Shown: positions 38,443 to 49,708 of the stretch, in pieces | Position numbering within the stretch: the stretch's first letter is position 1 | Layout of the letters: each line of letters opens with the position of its first letter | DNA from: Azolla caroliniana | Lineage: Eukaryota > Plantae > Polypodiophyta | DNA length: 64,000 nucleotides | Assembly (NCBI GenBank): GCA_043228905.1 | Contig: JBHGNT010000013.1 | Span: forward strand, 9,176,001-9,240,000 | Reading direction: 5' to 3' | Notes under the pieces: generated by a model | Seen by the model: the letters and a program-made list of their open reading frames with translations, nothing else | What the model was told of the DNA's origin: nothing | Databases searched by the model: none | Program-made: the position numbers and the translations under genes

Positions 38443-41400
38443 AAGATGTCGCGTAACTACGCGCGTGCGTGGAGAAACGAGGCGGGACCACCGGGGTCTT
38501 GAACCAAAGAGCAGGTGATAGAAGGGGAAAGAGAAAGAGAGAGACGCTCGGTTACGTAGGAGCAAAGAAACACAAGGTCACGGCCCTGTCAACGCCGAAG
38601 ACACGAATGAACACAGAGACAGAGAGACACGAATGTTTGTATATTAATGAATGACAAATAAACAACAGAGCACGCGAGCAGTTACAACCAAACAGGCCGG
38701 CGAACAGATGTCGATGCCTGCTCGTCTGCGCACGAAAGGGGATAGGATGGAGGTGCTGCCGGAAGCACACGGGCGTTCCTCGAAGCAACGCGAGCCTCCC
38801 GAAAACCTGCAGAGAAGAGCGATGGAGAACGAACAGAGGAGAAGCGTTCGGTTTCGGTCTGACAGCACTTCGTCCTCCTCAATAAAAATTAATGCCCTTG
38901 TCTCCCCGCGTCTCCCTCTCTGTTATAGCTTCAAGAGGAGAGCCGTTTCCCTCATTAACTTCCTACCTACCGAATCTAACTACCTAGGATATACCTTTGT
39001 ACCCCGTTCTCTATTATATGCATTAAAGGGCGCGCACGCGTGAAGAGCCGGTTCACGCGCGCTATGCACCGATTACGCTAAGGGACGGTTTTCTTCACGA
39101 CACCGTCGAGCCACAACCACCATCGGCACCTAGCCCAACCACTTCCTCAAACCCACCATCAGCTTACCCGACAAATTCAATAGCATGCATCTGACTTCGC
39201 CATTGGCGCAGTTCTGTCCCAGCCATATGACAACAACACACTACATTTGGTTGCCTTCTACTCCCAGAAGTTTACATCCCCGGGAAAGTGGATGCCCTCT
39301 CTCAGCAACCAGATTTTGCGCTACACCCATATGACGACGCGTATTCTCAGCATTCATATTGTTTATTCTGGCCTGATCAAGTCCAAATGTTCACAACTTA
39401 CATGTTGCACGACGCGTATTCTCAACAGTCACATTGTTTATTCTTGCCTGATCAAGTGCAAATGTTCACAACTTACATGTTGCATGATGATTCCTTGCTC
39501 AACAAAATCGCCCAGGCCACCATGTTAGACCCATTCTCTACCGACATCCTGGGCATCAACAACGCATCCCAAGGAATGAAAAGCTCGGATCTCAATCACT
39601 TTACAACTCGCTTTACAACTCGGGATGGGCTACTCTATCATAATCACCTCCTTTATGTACCACTTAGAGCATGTCACACTCGAGTCCTACAAAATTGCCA
39701 TGGTGATTGTCTTGTCGGCGCAAAGACACTAGAGTTGCTATCTTGGGGGTTTTGGGGGCCCCAACCTTGGAAATTTGTCAAAGAATTTATCAAGACGTGT
39801 GACGTCTGTGCCCACTCCAAAGCCGCTCACCAGCATCCATATGGTTTTCTACACCCGCTTCCACTTCCCAGTCGACCCTCGGCCTCTCTCTCGATGGACT
39901 TTATAACTGACCTCCCTCGCGTCGGTGGCCATGACACAGTGCTAGTGATCGTTGATCAGTTTTTGAAGATGGCTCACTTTGTCCCATGCTCAAAAACCAT
40001 TTTGGAGGAGACGGCATATCTTTTTCTTAAAAATGTTGTTCATCTACATGGCTTACCCACGGATGTCACCTTTGATCGAGGTCCTCAATTTATCTCCCAC
40101 TTCTGGTGACGACTTTTGCAAACATTTGGGACTTCTGTGAACTTGTCAACAACATACTCCACTAAAACTAATGGCCAAACCGAAAGAGTCAACCAAATCC
40201 TTGAACAATACCTCCGATGTATAGGTAGCCACCAACAAGAGGATTGGGTGGACTTCCTTGCCCTGGCAGAATTTTCCTACAATAATAGTATCCATGCCTC
40301 CACTAAGGTTTCCCCATTCTTTGCAAACTATGGGTTCCACCCTCGTTTCAATATTTCCATTCTAGGGATTTCCGTCAATCCGTCAGCAAAAATGTGTGTC
40401 AGCACTTTGCAAGATGTCCATCATGACCTCTCCCTTGAGCTAAGTGTCGTTGGAGAACAGTATAAGGATCATGTTAACCGTCATCGCTTGGCCGCACCAA
40501 CCTTTGTAGTCGGTGACATGGTTTGGTTGCTACATCGTCACATCACCACCACTCGTCCTTGCGCGAAGCTAGACTACAAAAAGCTAGGTTCCTTCTATAT
40601 CATCGAGCAAATCAACCCAGTCACATTCCGGTATGCGCTTCCCTCAGCTTTCCGAATTCACAATGTTTTCCACATTTCTCTCCTTGAACTATACCATCCT
40701 TCTCAAATTCTGGGACGACAACCTCCTCCACCACCACACATGGAATTATCGACAGGGGAGGAGTATGAGGTTGACCAGATCCTTGACTCCCGCTTGCGGC
40801 AACGACGACTTCAATATTTGGTCTTATGGAAAGGTTACTCCATTTCGAATGCCACATGGGAACCAGTTACACATTTACAAAATGCTTCTGAAGCCATTCA
40901 CGATTTTCATAAACGGTACCCACTAAAGCCGGTCTTGGATCTTTGGAGGCGGCCTTAGGGGGAGAATAATGTCGTAGACATATGCCACACCACGATGGAA
41001 GGTAGGGGTTGACCCCAAGACCTCTTGGTCTCCATTGAGCAACCCTACCAACTAAGTGACATCCATCTATGCATCTTTGTATAAAATCCAACTTCATGTA
41101 TGGTAGATTGAACATTGGAAGTTCCTAGCTTGCATGCATCCTCATGCATTCTCTTTTCCTAACTTGCATACATGTATTCTCTATTCCTAGCTTGCTTACA
41201 TGCATTCTCTATTCCTAGCTTGCATGCATCTTCATGCATTCTCTATTCCTAGCTATTATACATACCTCTACCTTCTTGTATAAATACTCAGATGCACCTT
41301 GATTCTAATTAAGGTGAATAACACCAGTTACAGAATCATAAGTCAAGTTCTTGTTCTTTCTCTCTCTCCTAGTTCTTAATCTCATCTTGTTCCTACTCTA

Positions 41401-41470
41401 TTATACTCGTCCGTGAATCTATCCGACTAAGTCGGTTGCGTCTACAAGTTTCCACACGTAACTCTTCACA

Positions 41471-43263
41471 AATCCGTTGGGCATCAAGTAGTGGGAGGTT
41501 TGCCCATTCTGGCTTCGGATGGCTGACGCAACCTCCGTTCGTCCCCTAGGAATTATCCGAAATCTAGAGATCATTATAGGAGGATATCCGTTTGAGATCT
41601 CAGCAGTGGTGCTACAATTGGACGCACTAGGTGTGTATCCCCTCCAGTTAGGATGGCCATGGTTGCGGATGGCTAATATAAAACATAATTGGCAGCACAA
41701 CATCATCAACTTCAGAAGGGGGCAAACCAAGTTCCGTGTGCCGACTAGGGAACGTATCGTGACAAACAAAGAGACGGCGCCACTATATGCAGAAGGGGTT
41801 CGTCTTGACAGGTTGGTTGACGAGGAGGTCGACCGATATTTGGAAGAGAACCCAAAACTTGTGCCGCTCTTTGAGATCAACGTAATAGAAGTAGTGAGCC
41901 CTTATGTGCTCAGGAAGACCACAAGCATAGACGAAGATTTATGGGAGCCAGACCCGGAAGTTGTGGTGGAGCTACGTCATGCCCAAGAGGCATTCGAGGG
42001 GGGAATGGAGATATCTTGGTGCGTCAAGGGTTCCATATTAGAAGAAGTCAACTTAGGAACAGTGGCGGACCCTCGTCCCATCAGCATAGCGAAAGAATTG
42101 AAGTTAGACGACAAAGCGGCTATGGTGGCACTGATGAAGGATTAATGAGATGTGTTTGCATGGTCGCATGAGAACGTGAAGGGGTTTCACCCCAAATTCT
42201 ACTAGCACTAAATACATCTCCACAAGGATGCCAAGCTAGTCCAGCAGCACCGATATCGAATGAACCCGAACTACGTATTGCACGTAAAGGAGGAAATTGA
42301 TAAATTGTTAAAAGTCGGCTTCATTCGACCAGTTAAGAAGGCAACGTGGCTCAGTCCAATAGTAGTTGTACCCAAGAAAAATTGCAAGATTCAAGTATGT
42401 GTCGACTACAAGAAATTGAATGTTGCCACCATAACATATGTGTTTCCCTTGGCCTTTGCCGATGGGGTGTTGGATGAAGTGGCCATCAATGAGGTATATA
42501 GCTTTTTCGATATCAAGTTTTATAATGGATACAACCAGATTCGCATGCATCTAGAGGATAAAGAGAAGACAGTTTTCGTCATTGAATGGGGCTTGTTCAT
42601 AGCCATAGTGATGATGCTCGATCTAAAAACCACTTTGGCCACCTTCTAGAGGATTATCACGGAGATATTCAAAGAATATATCAGCTTTCATGCAGGTATT
42701 TCTGGACGACTTCACGGTGTATTGCAGGAGAAGCAATCATATGAGTCACCTCCAACTATGCCAAGAGAAATGCAAAGCGGCAAGGCTAAGCCTGAACCCA
42801 ACAAAATTTGCATTTGGGGTGACAAGTGGCACACTACTAGGCCATATCGTGAGCAGTGAGGGCATTCTCGTGGATCCCGACAAGATTGTGGCTATAATCG
42901 AGGCGCCGGCACCAACGAATGTGAAGGCGCTTAGCTGATTCCTAGGAAAGCTAAGATGGCACAGTCAAATGTGGAGGCACTTAGCCGATTTCGATATACC
43001 ATTACATACAATGGTCCATTGAACACCATTCAATTGGACAGACATCAAAGAGGAGGCATATGAGGCCTTGAAGGTAATGCTAACATAGTCACCTACTGTC
43101 AAGCCCCTAGAGTGGAGACAACCCTTCCATGTCTTTGTCGACGCATCCAACATAGCCATCGGTAGCACACTCATGCAGTTAACAAAGCCGAATTGGTATC
43201 AAGTAGTATATTACATGAGTCGCAAGATCTCGGTCGCCTACCGTAACTATTTGATAACTAAAC
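41471..43263 (+). pseudogene. Element G: protease-RT-RNase H remnant of the B/O family (outermost host of the nest)
   Basis: CPFWLRMADATSVRP, MNPNY...VKEEIDKLL and MQVFLDDF match element B. Starts right after the Copia E LTR end. Confidence 0.85.
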
Positions 43264-43760
43264 GTACCCGTCTGAAAAAGGGATTAGACATGAACGAATT
43301 GTTCCCTACACTCCGATGCAGAACAATGTAGCCGAACGAATGAATTGAACGATCCAAGAATGGGTGACGGCAATGCTCTAGATTTCGGGACTAAAGCTGG
43401 TATTTTGGGCAAAAGTTGTGCAAACAACAGTATATCTTGGGCGGAAGCTATCGGCCAACTTTTTGGCTAGGAGCTTAATTGTCCAAAATCGTCTGACCCG
43501 GTATTGCGACTCACATAGCGCAATTCATCTCATACAAAACCCCGTTTATCACTCAAAGATGAAACACATAGAGGTAAGTAATCACCATATTCAGGAGCTT
43601 ATCAATGACCAGAAGCTCGAAATCCAAAAAGTTGTACCGAGGTGAACATCACCAATAGCCTGACAAAGCCGCTCCCAGATCACCGCTTCAGAGCACTATG
43701 GAGATAAATGGAACTACATCAAGCTAAGGAGAACAAGAAAGCCAAATTAGAGGAAGCAGA
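43264..43760 (+). pseudogene. Collapsed Copia IN/RNase H remnant
   Basis: PYTPMQNNVAERMN...FWAKVV joined to YCDSHSAIHLIQNPVYHSKMKHIEV. Confidence 0.7.
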
Positions 43761-44126
43761 AGAAGAGCCGAAGGACGAAAGGGCCGAAAAGGCAGAATGC
43801 TCCGAAGGAGTCGAGAAGGCCGAAAGACCCATAGAGCCAAAAAGGCCATAGAACCCAAAAGGGTTGAAAGCCGATCGCAAGACCAATAGGGCCAAAAGGG
43901 GGAAAGAGGACCGAAAGCCAACTTAGTCGACCGAGCCGAAGAGCTAAAGAGTTAACCGGAGGGTCAAAAGTCGAAGACCGAAGCACCGAAATGCTAACCC
44001 CACTCGACTCGACCACTCCTGATTTGAGAATTAGTCTTTTAGCTTGTAAATTCTAATTGTAATTCAAATTTAAATTGTATTTAAGTTTACAAGGGAGATC
44101 ACTCCTATATTGTTGTAACAATTAGA

Positions 44127-47100
44127 CACACCGGGACAATTGAAACAGGTAATATGTCGCATTTTGAGAACTGTTCATCAAAAAATGACACAAATTAGGG
44201 TGATTCACAAAAAGGGGTGTCGCATGAGTAAAGGATTTTAAAAAATATATTGATTTCTAGCATGTACGAAATTTTAGGTGTTCAAAAAAATGCCTAAATA
44301 ATGGACATGCCAAACTTACAAATGAATGTCCAAAATGACTAACACCAATATTTAGGGTTCTGTCTGAAGCCACATTCGAGATCCTCTTTTAGTATCTTCA
44401 TTGTGGTCTGTTGCAGATAACTTGTTTTGGTCATAGATAAGTCATACACTAGTACATAAACATTATCCAATGTAAGAGTAGATGTGCTTGATGCATTCTT
44501 TCTTCTTCACTTTTTGGTTATGATATTTGATTATGTACTTTCTATTTACGATATTTCATTATGTGAGAGAAACCTTCTACCAAAATCATTAGAATCTAAA
44601 AAAGTAAAGATGTTTTTTTGTTTTTCTTAGATTCTCATAGTAAGCCTTTGATGTCAAACAAAAAACAGATTCATTCCACCTAGATCTGATGCACTACGTC
44701 AAATTTTACTCTATACATCTAGAATTGGATCTAGTGCATCAAATTCCTGTTGTAAGTCTTGGAATTTTTTTTAAAATTTCCATTTAATACTCTTGCATTT
44801 TCAACTAAGACATAATGCATTGCATCGAATTCCAGCTATATAGACTAAAATATAAAACAGTGCATTGGATTTCAGTCCAAAATCCACTTTCAAAATATCT
44901 TTAAAAAATGAAAAAAATTTAAAAATGGATTTTCAATGGAAATCCAATGCACTGCATCGGATTTCAATTGAAAGTCCATTTTCTCTTATTTTTTTCCGAA
45001 TTTTCTTATTTTTTGTAATTTTTTTAAAATATTTTATTTTTTCCATAAATAAATAAATAAAAACTGAAAAAATGGATTTTCAACGGAAATGATTGGATCT
45101 CAGTTGAAAATCCACTTTTTCTTCTTTGTTTCAAAATTTTCTTATTTTTTGATATTTTTTGTATTTTTTTATTTTTCCCATAAATAAATAAATAAATATT
45201 GAACAATGGCCTTCCAATAGAAATCCACTGCAATGCATCGGATTTCAGTTGGAAGTCCACTTTTTCTTTTCTTTTTCTGAATTTTCTTATTTTTTGTATT
45301 TTTTTTCAATTTTTTAATTTTTCCCTTAAATAAATAAATAAATATTGAAAATTTGTATTTTCAACGGAAATCTGATACACTGCATCGGATTTCAATTGAA
45401 AGTCCACTTTTTCTTATTTGTTTCCAATTTTTCTTCTTTTTTGAAATTGTTTTGTATTTGTTTTGAATTTTTTTATTTTCCCCATAAATAAATAAATAAA
45501 AATTGAAAAAATGGATTTTCAACAGAAATCTGATGATTGCATCAAATTTCAGTTCAAAATCCACATTTTCTTATTTGTTTTCAAATTTTCTTTTTTCCTT
45601 TTTTTCCATAAAAAATGTTAAAAATAAAAAAAATCATGGATTTTGGCCATTTAAAATGAAAATACATCATTTTCAACGAGATTTTCAATGGACATCTGAT
45701 GCACTACATCAGATTTCCATTGAAAATCCAAGATCTTTCTTTTATTTTTTTCATTTATCAGGAATTTTCAACTGAAATCCGATGCAATGCATGAGATTCC
45801 CGTTGAAAATGCAATTTATTTATTTATTTTTCATTGTTTTATGAAAAAACTAAAAGAAATTTGGATTTTCAATTGAAATCCAATGCAGTGCATCAGATTT
45901 CAGTTGGAAATCCTTTTTTTTAAATATTTTTATTTATTTGTCAAAAAAATGAAAAACAATTGAAAAGAAAAAGGATTGTCAGCTAAAATCAGATGCACTA
46001 CATCAATGTCTAGCTGTATAGACTACAATCCGATACAATGCATCGGATTTCAGTTGAAAAGCCATTTATTATTATTTTTTATATGGAAAAAAATATATAA
46101 ATAAATAAATAAAATTGAAAAAAGAAAAAAGAAAAATGGATTTTTGACTTTAATCCAATGCATTGCATTAGATTCTAATTGTATAGACTAAAATACAATG
46201 TAATACATCATATTTTAGCTGAAAATCCATTTTTTATATTTTATTGAAAAAATTTTAAAAATTACAAAATTAAAAAAAATCTTGGATTTTCAACTGAATC
46301 CAGTGCATGGCATTGGATTCCAGTTGAAATTCCAAGATTTTTTATTTTTTCAAATTTTCAATGGGTTTTAGATTTGTTTTCCAACACAGGTATATAAAAC
46401 TTGTCACATCAATTTAGATTAACATTATAGTCTATTCTTCAATTTGATGGTACATGGGCAATTTCATTCTACTGTCATGGACTACTACAACATGCGCCTT
46501 AAAGATGTTCAGGAACTCTCTTACATTAGAGAAGGACCTTGAGTAGGTTAATTTCATCAAAATGAGGATCCAAGGTATCCGAGACGATCCTGATCAAAAC
46601 CAAGAAGTTGGGGCAAAGCATATCAATGAAACTGAGATGTTCCAGATGATTTATAGAGAACCTATGGAACCTATAGATGAAGAAGCAGGCGACCTTGTTG
46701 AATTAGAAGACGTGTTAGAGTTTGAACATACTAACGATTCAACTTAGCATACTGACGAAGGCAATGAGGACAATCCTAATGAAAGAGCTAATCCTGAAGA
46801 GACGGCTTTACCAGAATTATTATTCGATTGAATGGATATGGCTTATTGTAAAATTTGAACAATATGAATTGTTAAATTTTGGTGTAATATATAAGTTGTG
46901 CTTATTTACAATTTTCGTGTAACACTCATTGAACTTAGAGATTAAGTATAATTTGTATATGTACGTGTTGTCTAAAGTCTCCTTTATCGTTTGGGGTATA
47001 TGGGAGATAAAATTATACTCTATCATTTACTCATATGATTGGAATGTTATTGTAGACTAGTTTATTTATACATTGACGGTGTCATGTATCACATGTCAAT

Positions 47101-47490
47101 GGAAATTTTCTCTTGACTAGTATCTCTTAATTGCAAGGTTCACAATTTGCTTTAAGATATATTATATATAAATATACACATAATTAGAAGAAGTCACTTA
47201 TTTAGTGGGGTATGCTTTTTAGAATATGCGCAAGGACTCGTGTTACTATTATACTTGCATTGACGAATATACCCCTGTCTAAGATTTGGACAAAAAAATG
47301 GTAGATAGAATATACGTCGGATGATTTTATTGACGTGATATTAGTTAGTTCTATTTTTCGCTATGTTTTCATAAACCACATACATGCATTGTGCCTTTTT
47401 GAAATTCTGCTTAAATAGGCATTTTTTAACATCTCACTAACATATGAAAAAGAGAATTCGACATATTGACTGTTTCAAATGACCCGGTGT
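44127..47490. mobile_element. Non-autonomous TIR DNA transposon, superfamily unresolved
   Basis: ~36-bp TIRs 44128-44163 and 47455-47490 (31/36 match, ACACCGGG...). Flanked by TTAGA (44122-44126, 47491-47495). AT-rich interior with a palindrome array. Confidence 0.75.
44680..46340. repeat. Array of ~15 degenerate ~50-bp palindromes separated by A/T-rich spacers
   Basis: Consensus GGATTTTCAACTGAAATCCGATGCA-N-TGCATCGGATTTCAGTTGAAAATCC, e.g. at ~44927, 45207, 45355, 45512, 45680, 45760, 45862 and 46283. Confidence 0.88.
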
Positions 47491-47879
47491 TTAGAGTGTT
47501 CCTTTTACGCGGGAATTTTTTGGGATAAAAGTCCCACTCCACCCATGTTGTATCTTCTTAGTCTGAACACTCCCTAAGGGAGTTGGGGCTTAGTTACCTT
47601 AAGTATAAATATGGGGGACTAAGTCTTGTAATACATTTCGGCGTGATTTGAATAGTAAGAGTCTGAGACTCATGCTTGTGCTCTAATTGTATAGTTGTCT
47701 TTCTCCCATCTTTCATACATAACTTTGTTGAGATTAAACAGTGCACCTTCTATCCTACTTGTCTACATGCTTGCCCATTTCCATTAACAAGATCAATAAA
47801 CATTCCGCATAAGTCGACCAATCGACCCAAGGCACATATTTAGTGCCATCAACTTCCCTATGATCTCTTAAATTCTAAG

Positions 47880-47985
47880 ATTGAGCAAACGACAGACTTG
47901 AGGCGGGTGATAGAGGAAAGGATCCTCGATAACCGCTATGGCTCACTCTACGTGAGGTCTTTGGACTATTGGCAAAACGATATGT
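47880..47985 (+). pseudogene. Short gag fragment related to element H
   Basis: IEQTTDLRRVIEERILDN resembles H gag IERTTDLRKVLEERILNS. Confidence 0.6.
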
Positions 47986-49708
47986 ACATACCAAGGGAGT
48001 AGATTTGAGGAATCAATCATTCAAACAATGCGCAAAATGATTCAATTGTTCTAATAGAGGGGCAAAATAAGCCCAACACCCATAATGGATTAATATATGC
48101 TTTTATAAATGTACATTTCAATGAGGAGGCGTTCATGGAGGAACTATTGAGCTTTCACGTTCTATTGTATCACCTAATATATTATTTCAAGCCAAGAATA
48201 ATAGCCTAATATGTTCACATGCATCAATCATTGAAAAGCAAATGTTTATTATGTCCATTTTGATCATTGAAAAGCGAAGTTTATTATGTCCATGATAGAG
48301 CCCTAAAAGTTTCCATGGTGAAGTGGAGCTGGCACCCCCAAACAAAGAAAAGGTAATAAGTGAAGGGCAAAATATTGGTAATATCACAAATTGTCTATTT
48401 TGGTATTATTTGTTTGTTTGCATTGGTATGTGAATAATTCTCATAGAAAACACTGAGATCACTTTTTAATTGCCATGCATCCATGATATACAAAGCCACA
48501 ATGACAACAATTGAGAACATAGTTGCTAAAAAAGTGTATTCTACATTTTAAAATAATCCGAAATGTTCTACATGTATTCTATGTTCACGAATTGTCATTT
48601 TATAATTTTCACATACATATTTGAAGTATTTAACATTTCAAAAAAGTTTTAAAATTTGTGAAATTTTTTCTTTTTCTATAGAACTTTAAATTTTAAGAAG
48701 TATTTTACATATATTACACATTTAAAATATTCTACGCATATTCTAAATATTTAATGTTTTTTATACATAAAAAACATATTCCAATTTCGAAGTATTTTTA
48801 AAAAAGATAGAATGCTTTTAGAATACTTAGTATAAAAAAAGATAGAATACTTAGCCTACGTATTCTATGGATATTGTATGCAAAGTATTCATGCTAAGCA
48901 TTCTACACTAATGGAAAGTATTCTACAACAATGCACATGCTAAGCATTCTACAGTAATGGTGGAGACACGGATAATCAGAGCCGCCTTGATTTGACACAA
49001 AACAAATTAGATGTATTGCTCTGTTCCATACAAATCTCCTTACCATGTACCACTCGGATAAATCCCAAAATAACATTGCATTTGCAAGAACCACTTCAAT
49101 CCTTTCACATTAAAGAGTGTTACTAACATAAGTACAACTCTTAAGAAATCGTTATGAATTTTCAAACTCCTGTAATGGTTTACAACCAAGGAAAGTACAT
49201 TTCCTTTCAAGATGTTGGTTTACTAGATCAATTGGTAAGTTATCTACTATGGATGCAAGATAATGATGGATCATAAGTTCTTTATTTGCTAGAGCCTTGA
49301 GGAAAGCAGATAAATAGACACCACTACCAACAAATCAGAAGACGAGTCTGCTTCTGAATTAACCTGCAATGTAGATGCAAATATGAAGTAATATGTACAT
49401 ATTCTGCAGCTGAAGTCATCCAAAAACAATGTCTGACATAGTACGCAGCGAATAATCAGAAATAAACAGTAAAAACTAAACATTCACAACCAAAATTTGT
49501 ATAGCAATTGTCACATCTAGTAACCATTATAGCAAAAATACAAGGTCCAATCTCAACTCTCATTTTTCTCAATTAAGTTTAGGAAACAGATTCCAGCAAC
49601 ATTCTTCTACTATTATCATATCACAAACAGTATTTTGACGCAAACAAATAGGAGTTGAAACTTGTGCCAAAATTGAATGATATATCGAAGCACAGCCCAT
49701 GCAGTTAG

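Larger units (their letters stand above)
32075..39102 (-). mobile_element. Element H: full-length Phygy/Selgy-like non-chromovirus Ty3/gypsy element
   Basis: 656-bp LTRs 32075-32730 and 38447-39102 (~20+ differences, mostly transitions). 4-bp TSD CCGT, whose removal restores the F gag frame NPPPVEPQP. tRNA-Trp-like PBS. G-rich PPT next to 32730. Confidence 0.92.
31477..41418 (+). mobile_element. Element F: internally deleted Tcn1-like chromovirus, inserted in the Copia E 3' LTR, host of element H
   Basis: LTRs 31477-31919 and 40970-41418, TSD CTATC, PPT AGGGGGAGAA. gag start (MSVSVDNLNQ) jumps to RH fragments at ~39190. IN and chromodomain (EEYEVDQILDSR...YLVLWKGY...ATWEP) at 39288-40958. 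No PR/RT. Confidence 0.9.
26540..41470 (+). mobile_element. Copia E: decayed Ty1/copia element of a second family (5' part outside window, upstream of element O)
   Basis: gag knuckle YCGKKGHKESKC, PR WYIDSRASNHMT, IN LIHSDV, RT/RH fragments to ~30500, PPT GAGGGGGAG, 3' LTR 31108-41470 split by element F. Confidence 0.85.

Noticed and set aside
44680-46340. CRISPR-like look of palindromic repeats with spacers
   Set aside because: Eukaryotic context, no cas genes, degenerate repeats, and low-complexity, mutually similar spacers of uneven length.
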